Shown here in pieces: positions 40,475 through 50,730 of a stretch of 64,000 bases of DNA; the first letter of the stretch is position 1; each line of letters begins with the position of its first letter. The position numbers were made by a program, and so were the translations under genes. The stretch is from the NCBI GenBank assembly GCA_034530615.2, contig JAVRCV020000065.1, positions 32,001 to 96,000 of the forward strand. The letters run 5' to 3'. Origin of the DNA: Aulosira sp. ZfuVER01. GTDB lineage: Bacteria; Cyanobacteriota; Cyanobacteriia; Cyanobacteriales; Nostocaceae. Below the pieces are notes generated by a model. That model did not search any database. It was not told where the DNA came from and saw only the letters and a program-made list of their open reading frames with translations.

Positions 40475-41818
40475 ATGTCTAAGTACGACTCCCATTTAAA
40501 ATGTTCGTTTTGTGGCAAGTCTCAAGAGCAGGTGCGTAAGTTGATCGCAGGGCCGGGAGTCTACATCTGCGATGAATGCGTTGACTTGTGTAATGAAATA
40601 CTAGACGAAGAGTTACTCGACACTAATGGTGCCGCAGCATCCCAACCAACACCAAAGTCCGAGCCTCCTCAGAAACGCCGTACCCGCTCTTCCAGTCTCT
40701 CCTTTAACCAAATACCCAAGCCCAGAGAGATTAAAAAGTATCTAGACGAACACGTCATTGGTCAAGACGAAGCGAAGAAAGTACTGTCAGTCGCGGTCTA
40801 CAATCACTATAAGCGTCTGGCAATAGTTCAATCTAAAGCCAGTGGTAAAGCTGGGACAGAAGATGCCGTAGAACTGCAAAAGTCCAATATTTTGTTGATT
40901 GGCCCCACTGGTTGCGGCAAAACCCTCCTGGCGCAAACGCTAGCGAAAATTTTAGATGTACCCTTCGCCGTTGCCGATGCCACAACTCTGACGGAAGCGG
41001 GTTATGTGGGCGAAGATGTGGAAAACATCTTGCTGCGGCTGTTGCAAGTGGCAGACTTGGATGTAGAGGAAGCGCAGCGGGGGATTATCTACATCGATGA
41101 AATTGACAAAATTGCTCGCAAGAGTGAAAATCCCTCAATTACACGCGATGTTTCTGGCGAAGGCGTACAGCAAGCGTTGCTGAAAATGTTGGAAGGAACG
41201 ATCGCTAACGTACCACCCCAAGGAGGACGGAAGCATCCCTATCAAGACTGTATCCAAATTGATACCAGCAATATCCTGTTTATCTGTGGTGGAGCCTTCG
41301 TTGGTTTAGAGAAGGTAGTAGATCAGAGAGTGGGTAAAAAGTCAATAGGCTTTGTGCAACCTGGAGAAGGGCAAACAAAAGAAAAACGTGCAGCAGATAC
41401 GCTTCGCTATCTAGAACCGGATGACTTAGTAAAATTTGGTATGATTCCCGAATTTATCGGGCGGATACCAATGGTAGCCGTAGTAGATCCGCTAGATGAA
41501 GAAGCTTTAATGGCAATTCTCACTCAACCACGCAGTGCTTTAGTCAAGCAGTACCAAAAACTGCTGAAGATGGACAATGTTCAATTAGACTTTAAACCAG
41601 AAGCCTTGCGAGCGATCGCTCAAGAAGCCTACCGTCGCAAAACTGGAGCTAGAGCATTACGGGGCATTGTCGAAGAACTCATGTTGGATGTGATGTATGA
41701 ATTACCATCTCGCAAGGATGTAACTCGCTGTACAGTCACGCGGGAAATGGTTGAGAAGCGTTCAACTGCTGAACTCTTAGTACATCCCTCTTCCCTACCC
41801 AAGCCAGAATCAGCATAA
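40475..41818 (+). CDS. clpX: ATP-dependent Clp protease ATP-binding subunit
   Basis: CSFC..CDEC zinc finger, [18 protein letters not shown] loop, TGARALR. Confidence 0.97.
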   Translation: MSKYDSHLKCSFCGKSQEQVRKLIAGPGVYICDECVDLCNEILDEELLDTNGAAASQPTPKSEPPQKRRTRSSSLSFNQIPKPREIKKYLDEHVIGQDEAKKVLSVAVYNHYKRLAIVQSKASGKAGTEDAVELQKSNILLIGPTGCGKTLLAQTLAKILDVPFAVADATTLTEAGYVGEDVENILLRLLQVADLDVEEAQRGIIYIDEIDKIARKSENPSITRDVSGEGVQQALLKMLEGTIANVPPQGGRKHPYQDCIQIDTSNILFICGGAFVGLEKVVDQRVGKKSIGFVQPGEGQTKEKRAADTLRYLEPDDLVKFGMIPEFIGRIPMVAVVDPLDEEALMAILTQPRSALVKQYQKLLKMDNVQLDFKPEALRAIAQEAYRRKTGARALRGIVEELMLDVMYELPSRKDVTRCTVTREMVEKRSTAELLVHPSSLPKPESA

Positions 41819-41820
41819 TA

Positions 41821-42041
41821 GTCAAGAGTCAAGAGTCATTAGTCATTAGTACAAAAAATAATCAATAATAAAGACAAATGACAAATGACAAAGCGCAAAG
41901 TTTAGCCACTGCGTTCCTGAGCCACCCGTGCGGGGGTTCCCCCCGTTGAGGTGAGTGGCGTGTAGCCCTGCGTCGGAAAGCAAGTGGCGTTGAGCGGAGG
42001 TTTCCTCCGAGCAGAACTTTGTAAGATAGGACAAATGACAA
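41821..42041. repeat. STRR tract with nested small dispersed elements
   Basis: (GTCAAGA)2(GTCATTA)2 and (ACAAATG)n flank the element 41891-42026, which carries a nested insert at 41902-41990. Confidence 0.8.
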
Positions 42042-42959
42042 ATGCCTTACATTAATGTTCGTGGCGTTGAGCATTACTACGAGTGGATGAAGAAACCATC
42101 TAATTCTTTGGTAAAGCCAGTGATGGTTTTCATCCACGGTTGGGCTGGCTCGGCTAGGTACTGGCAAAGTACTGCTAATGCTTTATTAGACCAATTTGAT
42201 TGTTTACTTTATGATTTGCGGGGCTTTGGGCGCTCCCGTGGCAAGCCAACCATAGTCCAAGCAAGTGAATCTGTTGCAAAATCGCAATCTCTCCAAGAAG
42301 AAGCGGCAGCAATTCAAGAATTAACTTATGAATTAGAAGAATACGCTGATGATTTGGCAGCGTTGCTAGATAAGTTGCAGCTTCAGCGTGTCTATATCAA
42401 TGCTCACTCAATGGGCGCATCCATTGCAGCGTTGTTTTTTAACCGCTATCCCCAAAAAGTCGAACGGGGAATTTTAACTTGTAGCGGTATTTTTGAGTAC
42501 GACGAAAAAGCCTTTGCCGCTTTTCATAAATTTGGTGGCTACGTAGTCAAATTTCGTCCTAAGTGGTTAGGAAAAATACCATTTGTTGACCGGATGTTTA
42601 TGGCGAGATTTCTATATCGCTCCATACCGAAATCTGAGCGTCAGGCTTTTTTACAAGATTTTTTAGAAGCTGATTATGATGCTGCTTTAGGTACAATTTT
42701 TACTTCAGTGAGTAAAGCACAATCTGAACTGATGCCCCAGGAGTTCGCCAAGCTAACTGTGCCTACATTGCTGGTAGCGGGGGAATATGACAAGATTATT
42801 CCTGCTGAAATGGGGCGTCAAGCCGCAGCCATGAATGAAAAGGTTGAGTTTGCCATGCTTCCTAAGACAGCACATTTTCCAATGTTAGAAGATGCCTCAA
42901 ATTACCTGCGGCGAGTGCGAGAGTTTTTGCAAATTCCCACAGCAGACAAGGCTGATTAA
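42042..42959 (+). CDS. alpha/beta fold hydrolase
   Basis: VFIHGWAGS, YDLRGFG, nucleophile elbow AHSMG, AHFPMLE. Confidence 0.9.
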   Translation: MPYINVRGVEHYYEWMKKPSNSLVKPVMVFIHGWAGSARYWQSTANALLDQFDCLLYDLRGFGRSRGKPTIVQASESVAKSQSLQEEAAAIQELTYELEEYADDLAALLDKLQLQRVYINAHSMGASIAALFFNRYPQKVERGILTCSGIFEYDEKAFAAFHKFGGYVVKFRPKWLGKIPFVDRMFMARFLYRSIPKSERQAFLQDFLEADYDAALGTIFTSVSKAQSELMPQEFAKLTVPTLLVAGEYDKIIPAEMGRQAAAMNEKVEFAMLPKTAHFPMLEDASNYLRRVREFLQIPTADKAD

Positions 42960-43111
42960 AGATATGAGTGCGATAAAGTATTAATAAATTTAGCACGATT
43001 TATTTTAGCAATTTCTGCTGCGGCAATTCGCATTTCCTGAACGGATTTTTCAGGCTTTTGGCGAAGTTCTGAAAATCATGTTTTTGGTGATTGAATTGGT
43101 ACTGTTTGCAT
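42956..43111 (-). pseudogene. degenerate UPF0175-like (antitoxin-type) gene
   Basis: Hand translation MQTVPIQSPKT*FSELRQKPEKSVQEMRIAAAEIAKINRAKFINTLS; RBS GAGGA upstream; internal TGA and apparent internal deletion. Confidence 0.6.
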
Positions 43112-43138
43112 AAATTTATCCTCTCAATTCCTCAATCC

Positions 43139-43912
43139 CTACTCTTTTAAAACTGCTTCTAACCAAGCTAAATTTTCTGCTGACATCGCAGGTATAGGTT
43201 CTTGAGTATAGTCAATTACTAAATCATAGTTACCTTCATCATAGAGTTCACTAATTAATGTTTGTATATCTAGTAATGGCTCTGTATCGCCTTCACGTAA
43301 AGGTAAAGGAAAAGAAGGTATCGGATTTGGTAAATTAAATGGGTATAAATCAGCTTTAGGACGTTTGCAGGCGCGGCTGACTAAAATTCTATAGTCAGTT
43401 TGCAGGTTATTTTGTAGTTGCTGTATTGGCTTACCATCTCGCAGCAAATCAATTTCAACTAAATTTGTATAACTTCCTAAAACCTGTAACCGCTTTTTTT
43501 TATATGCATTTCTTCCTTCTCCCGGACGTTTATTTTTTGGAGAGAGGATTTCAATTGTAGTTACGACTTCTTGTGTCGCTACATCTCGCACTTCTAAGTA
43601 GGTCTCTTTGACAGTTTCCGGCATAATCAGATCGACTGTCACAGCTTCAACTGATGAGGAGGCAACAGCGATAGTAGCTGGTGCTGGTGATAATTCTTTG
43701 TGGGTACTCTGCACCGCGACATCAGCAACACCCACTAGTAGCGAATCTTCATCAATTGTTTGATATACTCGCTTTTCAATGGCAACTTTATATTTAGGGC
43801 GCAATTGAGGATTCAATTTCCGGAAAATAGCCGCTATGAGCAGATTGTGAATTTCTGACCAAAATAGCGGATTTTCTAAATACGGGTTCATCCCCGGAAA
43901 TGGTGAAGCCAT
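43139..43912 (-). CDS. DUF4058 family protein (PD-(D/E)xK-like)
   Basis: MASPFPGMNPYLE, IEILSPKNK, LVEIDLLR motifs. Confidence 0.85.
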   Translation of the reverse strand: MASPFPGMNPYLENPLFWSEIHNLLIAAIFRKLNPQLRPKYKVAIEKRVYQTIDEDSLLVGVADVAVQSTHKELSPAPATIAVASSSVEAVTVDLIMPETVKETYLEVRDVATQEVVTTIEILSPKNKRPGEGRNAYKKKRLQVLGSYTNLVEIDLLRDGKPIQQLQNNLQTDYRILVSRACKRPKADLYPFNLPNPIPSFPLPLREGDTEPLLDIQTLISELYDEGNYDLVIDYTQEPIPAMSAENLAWLEAVLKE

Positions 43913-44049
43913 CGCCACACTTCCAAATAGTTAATAATTTAATTCTCACAACCGCTGCGGTCATAGCGATCGCTTTCCCGATCGATCTCTCCTCTCTGCG
44001 ACTCTGCGTGAGACACAACCACAAAGTCACAAAGACACAGAGATGGAAA

Positions 44050-45033
44050 TTAACCCAAACCCAATTCTCGTTTCAATAAATTAATCGACTTAGTACCAAT
44101 ATAATTATCAACCTTAATCAATTTGGGTGGACGAATAATATCTTCAGATGCGGCTTGCACTGCGGCTTGTACTGCGGCATAACTTGCTTGATCGCTGATG
44201 ATAACTTCAGCCCGCTTGACGATCGCCTGAAGTTTATAAGCGTCTTTTGGTTGGGTAGTCATTACCAGAAGTTCATCTCCCCGTAAACCATGAAGAATGA
44301 CTTCGGCGGCGCGAGCTATTCCCGAACTCAGGCTAACTATGCCCACACAGTTCTCTTTAGGCAAGGTTTTCAGTAGATTGAGTTCTTTGGAATAGTCGTA
44401 GATATCTAAAGGAATCACCCGTACAGCTTTTGGGGCGGCAATTTCTTCGACATCTCCAATAAAATAGCGACTAGTCACGACTGTGGCAGAGGAAGTTTTA
44501 TCTAGTACCGCCGTTAATTCTTCCATTGGTACTAACTGTATTGGTATATGCAGCGCTTTTTCTAATTCATATACCATCAACTCGCCTGCACCAATATCGT
44601 AAGAAGGAACTGCCACTAGTACCTGAGCACTGCAACGCAAGCGCCAATCCATTTCCGCTAAAAATAGCTCTCTCGCCTCCGATAGCGAACAGCCTTGAGA
44701 AAGTAGCTCATCAAGTGCTTGCTGCACAATTTTATCGGCATCGGGATGTTGCTTGAGAGTTGGTGATTGCAGCTTGCTACCACCTTCATGTCCTTGAGCG
44801 CGTACATAAATTCCTGAACCAGCTAGGCTTTCGACAAATCCGTCTTCTTCTAGCTGACGGTAAACCTTGCTGATTGTATTGCGGTGTAAACCTGTTTGCA
44901 TTGCCAGCGCCCGTGTACTCGGCAATTTGTACCCAGGTGGATATTGCCGGGAAGCGATCGCAAACCGGATTTGATTAAACAGCTGGGTTGATGCGGGAAT
45001 TTCACTGTCTGGTTGAATGCGGAATTGAATCAT
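44050..45033 (-). CDS. plmA: GntR-family transcriptional regulator PlmA
   Basis: MIQFRIQPDSEIPASTQLFNQI...LPSTRALAMQTGLHRNTISKVY; C-terminus LLKRELG. Confidence 0.85.
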   Translation of the reverse strand: MIQFRIQPDSEIPASTQLFNQIRFAIASRQYPPGYKLPSTRALAMQTGLHRNTISKVYRQLEEDGFVESLAGSGIYVRAQGHEGGSKLQSPTLKQHPDADKIVQQALDELLSQGCSLSEARELFLAEMDWRLRCSAQVLVAVPSYDIGAGELMVYELEKALHIPIQLVPMEELTAVLDKTSSATVVTSRYFIGDVEEIAAPKAVRVIPLDIYDYSKELNLLKTLPKENCVGIVSLSSGIARAAEVILHGLRGDELLVMTTQPKDAYKLQAIVKRAEVIISDQASYAAVQAAVQAASEDIIRPPKLIKVDNYIGTKSINLLKRELGLG

Positions 45034-45232
45034 CACCAAACCTCCTAGGTGCTAGTAGCGGCATGTGACCAGCTGCATCTGCTACTTGTTAAATATTTTA
45101 TTTATACATTGAATTTCTCTAGAGGAAATTTCTAGTGTACTGACTTTTGTTAATTGATAATCTGATGGCAGAAAGCTTTGAGATACTGGCATAGTTATAT
45201 CAAACAATCACGCAACCCTGGTAAAAATTATT

Positions 45233-45973
45233 ATGACAGAGCGAGCAATCGATACCAAAACGGTTCAAATTTCGCAAGATAATTTTTCAATATTAGCTTA
45301 CTTAGCACAACCACAAGAATCAGGCTCTTACCCTGCAATTGTGGTGTTGCAGGAGATTTTTGGTGTCAACGCTCATATTCGAGATGTCACAGAACGGATC
45401 GCTCGGTTGGGGTATGTAGCGATCGCCCTGGCACTTTTTCAACGCCAAGCACCGGGCTTTGAAACTGGCTACACTCCAGAAGATATCGAAATTGGCAGAG
45501 GCTATGCTATGCAAACTAAAGCTTCAGAATTATTGGGCGATATTCAAGCTGCGATCGATTACCTGAAAACCCTCCCCAATGTCAAAAAAGATAGCTTCGG
45601 CTGTATCGGCTTCTGCTTTGGTGGTCATGTAGCATATCTTGCTGCCACCCTACCAGATATCAAAGCTACTGCTTCCTTCTATGGTGCGGGAATTACTACC
45701 CGTACACCAGGGGGTGGAGACCCCACTGTTACTAGAACTAGCGAGATTAAAGGTACGCTTTACGCCTTATTTGGCATGGAAGATGCCAGCATTCCCGTTG
45801 AACAAGTAAATGAAATTGAAGCAGCGTTAGAAAAATACAAAATTCCGCACCGTGTCTTTCGCTACGATGGAGCTGACCACGGATTTTTCTGCGATCGTCG
45901 CGCCAGCTATAATCCTACAGTTGCCGCCGATGCTTGGGAGCAGGTGAAACAACTCTTTGGTCAACTGGCCTAA
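45233..45973 (+). CDS. dienelactone hydrolase family protein
   Basis: QEIFGVN, GFCFGG, ADHGFFCD. Confidence 0.92.
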   Translation: MTERAIDTKTVQISQDNFSILAYLAQPQESGSYPAIVVLQEIFGVNAHIRDVTERIARLGYVAIALALFQRQAPGFETGYTPEDIEIGRGYAMQTKASELLGDIQAAIDYLKTLPNVKKDSFGCIGFCFGGHVAYLAATLPDIKATASFYGAGITTRTPGGGDPTVTRTSEIKGTLYALFGMEDASIPVEQVNEIEAALEKYKIPHRVFRYDGADHGFFCDRRASYNPTVAADAWEQVKQLFGQLA

Positions 45974-45988
45974 AAACCTACGCCGTCA

Positions 45989-46017
45989 GTAGGGATTTAG
46001 TATTGCTAAAACCCTAC
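45989..46017. repeat. GTAG-type REP-like hairpin
   Basis: GTAGGGATTTAG-TATTG-CTAAAACCCTAC. Confidence 0.5.
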
Positions 46018-46049
46018 AACTGACTACTAATAATTTATCTTCAAACGTC

Positions 46050-46952
46050 ATGAATTCCGAATCGAAACGTTCTCAAACAGCCAATTCGCCATTTACAATG
46101 GACGATTTTGCCAAAGCGCTGGAAAAACACGACTACCAGTTTCAAAAAGGACAGGTAGTGCATGGTAAAGTGTTTCAACTTGACCATGATGGGGCTTATG
46201 TTGATATTGGTGGCAAATCGTCGGCTTTTATTCCCCGTGATGAGGCTTCTTTGAGAGCAGTTACCGATTTGTCTGAGGTGCTACCACTGCAAGAGGAACT
46301 AGAGTTTTTAATTATCCGGGAGCAGGATGCAGAAGGTCAAGTAACCCTTTCTCGCAAACAATTAGAAATTCAGCATATCTGGGAACGGCTGGCAGAAATG
46401 CAAGAAAATTCCCAAACTGTACCAGTGCGGGTTACAGGGGTAAATAAAGGTGGTGTCACCGTTGAACTGCAATCTTTGCGGGGATTTATTCCGCGATCGC
46501 ACTTGATTGAGCGTGATAATTTAGAAGCACTCAAAGGTCAAACTCTCACTGTCGGCTTTTTGGAAGTAGACCGCAATAACAAAAAGCTGATCCTTTCCCA
46601 GCGTTTAGCAACTCGTTCGAGTAACTTTAGCTTGTTAGAACTAGGTCAATTAGTGGAAGGTAAAGTCACTGGCATTAAACCTTTTGGTGTATTTGTAGAT
46701 GTAGATGGGATGAGTGCTTTACTTCACATCAAGCAAGTCAGCCAAAAATTTATTGAGTCTCTGGATAAAGTCTTTCAAATTGGTCAGCCGATTAAAGCTG
46801 TGATTATTGACTTAGATGAAGGTAAAGGCCGCGTTGCACTTTCCACCAGAGTTTTAGAAAATTTCCCCGGTGAAGTTTTAGAGAATATGGATGAAGTCAT
46901 GGCTTCTGCGGAGGCTCGTGCTAATCGCGCTAGTCAAAAATCTGCGGAATAG
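46050..46952 (+). CDS. S1 RNA-binding domain protein (ribosomal protein S1 homolog B-like)
   Basis: Three S1 repeats (VDIGGKSSAFIP, LRGFIPRSH, GIKPFGVFVD). Confidence 0.88.
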   Translation: MNSESKRSQTANSPFTMDDFAKALEKHDYQFQKGQVVHGKVFQLDHDGAYVDIGGKSSAFIPRDEASLRAVTDLSEVLPLQEELEFLIIREQDAEGQVTLSRKQLEIQHIWERLAEMQENSQTVPVRVTGVNKGGVTVELQSLRGFIPRSHLIERDNLEALKGQTLTVGFLEVDRNNKKLILSQRLATRSSNFSLLELGQLVEGKVTGIKPFGVFVDVDGMSALLHIKQVSQKFIESLDKVFQIGQPIKAVIIDLDEGKGRVALSTRVLENFPGEVLENMDEVMASAEARANRASQKSAE

Positions 46953-46976
46953 CGGCTTTCATTGATTGCACTCATG

Positions 46977-47019
46977 AGACGCTTTCCTTACTAATCTCTT
47001 TTGCGGTAAGAAAGCGTCT
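46977..47019. terminator. terminator-like hairpin between convergent genes
   Basis: AGACGCTTTC / GAAAGCGTCT arms followed by TT. Confidence 0.6.
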
Positions 47020-47066
47020 TTGTATTAACGCACTATAAATGGCAATAGCATAGACATAGCACCATA

Positions 47067-47630
47067 CTAACTACCCATTTTTAACCAACCAAAAACTTGT
47101 TCGACAGTTAGTGCAAGTTCAATTTCTGGTAAGACTGGTAAAGAATCTTTTCCCTGGAGCAGTAATGGCTGTTGCTCTGGTAAAAATACTAAAATACTGA
47201 AGTCATCAGGGTCAAGAAACCATCCCAAGCGGCTACCATACTTCAGACAGTGCAGAATATTACCAATTACTTTATTAGGTTTTTGTTCTGGAGAGAGAAT
47301 TTCAATTGTCCAGTCTGGGGGAAGTTCAAAGTTATCAGGAACTTCTTCATCAACGGTGAATGGTATGCGAATCCACTGAAATACAGCCACATCGGGTACG
47401 ATGGAGCGTGAGCCAAAGCTACACCGTAATTCCGGAAACGCATAGGCAATTTTGCGATCCTCTGCAACTTGATTGACCGCAGCGCAGAGTTTACCTTGCA
47501 AGCGGCTGTGTCTCCCTTTGGGCATTGGCTTTTGAACGATCTCACCGTTAATATATTCGCTAGCAGGCTTGGTTTCTGGGATCTGAAGAAATTCTTCTAG
47601 AGTAAGGGGTTGGGCAGTTGTGGCGCTCAT
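47067..47630 (-). CDS. Uma2 family (PD-(D/E)xK) endonuclease-like protein
   Basis: LTLEEFLQIPETKPASEYING, SIVPDVAV, PDWTIEILSP. Confidence 0.9.
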   Translation of the reverse strand: MSATTAQPLTLEEFLQIPETKPASEYINGEIVQKPMPKGRHSRLQGKLCAAVNQVAEDRKIAYAFPELRCSFGSRSIVPDVAVFQWIRIPFTVDEEVPDNFELPPDWTIEILSPEQKPNKVIGNILHCLKYGSRLGWFLDPDDFSILVFLPEQQPLLLQGKDSLPVLPEIELALTVEQVFGWLKMGS

Positions 47631-47912
47631 AGCTCCAAAAATCCTGCGTGACGAGATGTATTTTTAGTCTAGCAACCCGAAGGCAAGCCACTTGATTGGA
47701 GAGCGATCGCATTTTTGATGAAAATAGAAAGGGCTATGCCTATGGTGGGCTGCACCTAAGCACTTCATGCTACTTTTCCGATATTTTTTACGGTTGATTT
47801 AGCCAAAATTGGATCGATATCTTGGCTTTTGCCGTGATTGCATCGGGTGACAATACCATTGCGTCACTGTAAATATTTTTGTTCAACTACTTATGCAAAA
47901 ACTCTCAGTGTT

Positions 47913-48401
47913 TTAGCTACTCAAAAGTAATCTTTCTTGGTGATAGCTATTTCGGAGTTCCTCTAACTTTTCTGGATTAAAAGCAAATTGAATTAACTCA
48001 ACTAGTTGTTCCCAACTATGTAATATATCTTCGGAGTGAGCTTGCCAGAATTCATTGGCGAAAAATTCCGCCCACCATTGGGGTGCTTGCTTATTTTGCT
48101 GAGGTTCATTTTGCTTACGCCAGCGTCTACGCCATTTCACAAAGTCTGATTTATTAGGCGGCTCTACACCCAGAATTGGCGGAAAATCAGCATAGCTGAC
48201 AAACTTACTCACGCCTTTAGCGTGGACATAAACCATGTAACGCCAGCATTCGACTGTATATATATCTTCAAAATTGATTTGGCATATTAAGCAAATTGCC
48301 TCTTCTGTGACAAATCGCGCTAGTGGGTGAACAATTGCTGATTTGTGAACTATTTTCGATTCACGGATGACAAGCGCTTTTGGCTTGAGTGATGATAACA
48401 T
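47913..48401 (-). CDS. hypothetical protein
   Basis: 162-aa ATG-started ORF, divergent from an HTH gene; no recognisable motif. Confidence 0.65.
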   Translation of the reverse strand: MLSSLKPKALVIRESKIVHKSAIVHPLARFVTEEAICLICQINFEDIYTVECWRYMVYVHAKGVSKFVSYADFPPILGVEPPNKSDFVKWRRRWRKQNEPQQNKQAPQWWAEFFANEFWQAHSEDILHSWEQLVELIQFAFNPEKLEELRNSYHQERLLLSS

Positions 48402-48600
48402 AAAGTTAAATTTCTGTTTAAAAGGAATGCCTTCCGTTTAAATGGAATGCTTACCGTTGAAAGAGACCACATCTCCTTTAACGGGATATGTGTAAAAAAA
48501 ACAAATGCAGTCGCCCTTTAGTTTTCCAGGCCAGAGGGCGATTGTTATTATTAGAATATAATAATTAAACGACTCATATAAGTCATTTGTCAAGCAAATT

Positions 48601-48813
48601 ATGGGAATGGTTAGGCTCAAGATTCGAGAATTTGCTGCTGAGAAGGGCTGGACGCTGAAAGAGGTATCTGACCGTTCTGGTGTAGTTTATAGTACTCTCA
48701 GAACCTATGCGCGATCGCCTGGGCTAGCAACTGTAGATTTTACCGCAATTCAGAAGTTAGCACGAACTTTTGATGTGATGATTGAGGAATTGGTGGAAGT
48801 CGTGCAGGAATAA
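48601..48813 (+). CDS. XRE/Cro-type helix-turn-helix regulator
   Basis: 70 aa: GWTLKEVSDRSGVVYSTLRTY...IQKLARTFDVMIEELV. Confidence 0.85.
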   Translation: MGMVRLKIREFAAEKGWTLKEVSDRSGVVYSTLRTYARSPGLATVDFTAIQKLARTFDVMIEELVEVVQE

Positions 48814-48830
48814 TCTATGTTTGTATGAGT

Positions 48831-48865
48831 GCGATGTCTAACTACAAGACGCGAAGCGTCCACGC
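48831..48865. repeat. short element inserted in a HIP1 site
   Basis: GCGAT[27 nt GTCTAACTACAAGACGCGAAGCGTCCA]CGC. Confidence 0.65.
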
Positions 48866-48871
48866 TTTATA

Positions 48872-49321
48872 TTAAGGCAACGGTGGAACCGCAAAGTCAT
48901 TAAAAGAGCAAACATCGTAAGAAGAATTGGCTAATGCCCTTACCAGCTTACCGTCAAGAGTGAGCAAAGTAGCGCTTACCTGTTGCGAAAGTGCAACATA
49001 AGAAGCATCGTAGGCGGAGATTCCATAAGTTAAGGCAATAGTAACCGCATCTACCATCAAGTCCGCTGTAGAGACAACATGTAATTGTAAACTCTTGAGA
49101 GTAGCTAAATCTGCTGTAACTTTGGCTGTAGGATAAAGACCAGCACGGATGTATTTCCACAAAACGTTAGCACTTTCAATGTAAAACAAATCAGGAACAA
49201 AGAATTGATTTTGAGAATTGGCAACGTGAGACAACAGTTGATCAACTTTAGAAGATATTGGATCTGGGACAAAGTGCTTGATACACACACTGACATCTAA
49301 GACACATCTAAGAGTAGTCAT
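48872..49321 (-). CDS. PIN-domain (VapC-type) toxin
   Basis: VLDVSV, FYIESANVLW, SAYDASYVAL, LLTLDGKL; 4-bp overlap with the upstream gene. Confidence 0.88.
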   Translation of the reverse strand: MTTLRCVLDVSVCIKHFVPDPISSKVDQLLSHVANSQNQFFVPDLFYIESANVLWKYIRAGLYPTAKVTADLATLKSLQLHVVSTADLMVDAVTIALTYGISAYDASYVALSQQVSATLLTLDGKLVRALANSSYDVCSFNDFAVPPLP

Positions 49322-49584
49322 CTATCCCGGTCTTCTCGAAGCATAACAGTACTATCAGGCCATTCGATATCTTTAGGAAGCTTTTCACGACGCAGACGAC
49401 TTTCCTCTAAAAGCTTGAGTACATTCTTTCGCCTTTCGTCTTCCGTTTCCTGTGTCTTTGTTTCCAAGGCATTCTGCAATATTGTAATAACTTGAGCATC
49501 AACTGAGCTATTTTCAGCCTTAGCTAACTCTTGCAGTCGTTCGTATAATTCATCAGGTATATTTAGCGGATGAAGGGTAGCCAT
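49318..49584 (-). CDS. FitA/Arc-like ribbon-helix-helix antitoxin
   Basis: MATLHPLNIPDELYERLQELAKAENSSVDAQV...DSTVMLREDRDR; coupled to the PIN gene. Confidence 0.82.
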   Translation of the reverse strand: MATLHPLNIPDELYERLQELAKAENSSVDAQVITILQNALETKTQETEDERRKNVLKLLEESRLRREKLPKDIEWPDSTVMLREDRDR

Positions 49585-49698
49585 ATCTTGACCTCCCAAA
49601 AGAATTTATTGGTAATGGTAGCACGATACAAGCAAGGATAAGAAAGGAGAATAAAAGGCAATGGTTAGCAATAAGATAAGCCGCTTCTCAGCTTGCTA

Positions 49699-50730
49699 CT
49701 AAACATCCAAACTCAACGATGTTTCTATTAATGAAAATTGTTGTTTTTTTGGCTGCGTATCTTTTTTCTCTGGTAATAGCCCAGCAGCATACAGGATTGC
49801 AATTATAGACAACACTACCATTAGCACATATAAAATTATATTACTTGTAGATTCACCAGTTATTGGATATGGGTTTACAGGTGGTACTATCACTTGAGTA
49901 ATTGATGAATTAGATGCTGTTGAAAGTATATCTAAATCTCTTAGGATTTCTTCAACTGATTGATATCTTACCTGAGATTCGTAGCGAACCATTTTAGTCA
50001 AAATACTTGCTAACCAATCACTAACGTTTGCTTTATCTCGCCAGATAACCTCTCCTAAATTATCTATTGGCAAGGATTGGGGTTCTAAACCTGTGAGTGC
50101 TTCAATTACTGTCATTCCTAATGCATAAATATCACTGTTGGGTAGAGAATGTCCTCGCATTTGCTCTACTGGAGCATAACCCTGCGTATAAATTTGAGTT
50201 CCCGGTTGTTGTAGTCTAGTATTTTGAGCAATACCTTCTTTGACTGCACCAAAGTCAATTAGAAACAAATCATCATCCTTACTTAAAATGATATTATCTG
50301 GTTTGATATCACGATGGATAACATCATTTATATGTAAAAACGCAAGAATATTTATTAATTTATCTAATATTTTTATAACTTCAGGCTCTTCTAGCTTTTG
50401 CCGATATTTTATTTCTTGACTTAAAGTATTTCCCTGAATATATTGTTGAATAAAGTAAAACTCTTGATTTTCTTCCAGATATTCAAAAAACTTAGGAATA
50501 TGTGGATATCCATTTAACTTGTGGAGAACTGTTGCTTCGCGTTGGAATAGTTCTTGAGCTTTAGTAACCTCACTTTGATTATTACTAGAGAAAGTAAAAT
50601 GCTTAACTGCATACTGAACTCCAGACTGAAACAAGTCATTCGCTAGATAAGTTCTGCTAAAACCACCTTCCCCAAGCAATGCAACAATCTCGTAACGTCC
50701 GCTGATAATTTTTGATAGCCCTGTATTCAT
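49699..50730 (-). CDS. membrane-anchored Hanks-type Ser/Thr protein kinase
   Basis: LGEGGFS, AVK, IHRDIKPDN, IDFG, GYAPVEQ, SDIYALG; C-terminal TM IILYVLMVVLSIIAILYAAGLL and short tail. Start trimmed to MNTGLSK. Confidence 0.9.
   Translation of the reverse strand: MNTGLSKIISGRYEIVALLGEGGFSRTYLANDLFQSGVQYAVKHFTFSSNNQSEVTKAQELFQREATVLHKLNGYPHIPKFFEYLEENQEFYFIQQYIQGNTLSQEIKYRQKLEEPEVIKILDKLINILAFLHINDVIHRDIKPDNIILSKDDDLFLIDFGAVKEGIAQNTRLQQPGTQIYTQGYAPVEQMRGHSLPNSDIYALGMTVIEALTGLEPQSLPIDNLGEVIWRDKANVSDWLASILTKMVRYESQVRYQSVEEILRDLDILSTASNSSITQVIVPPVNPYPITGESTSNIILYVLMVVLSIIAILYAAGLLPEKKDTQPKKQQFSLIETSLSLDV

Noticed and set aside
41846..42167. Minus-strand ORFs 41846-42034 and 41862-42167
   Set aside because: Derived from the nested repeat elements and antisense of the hydrolase gene.
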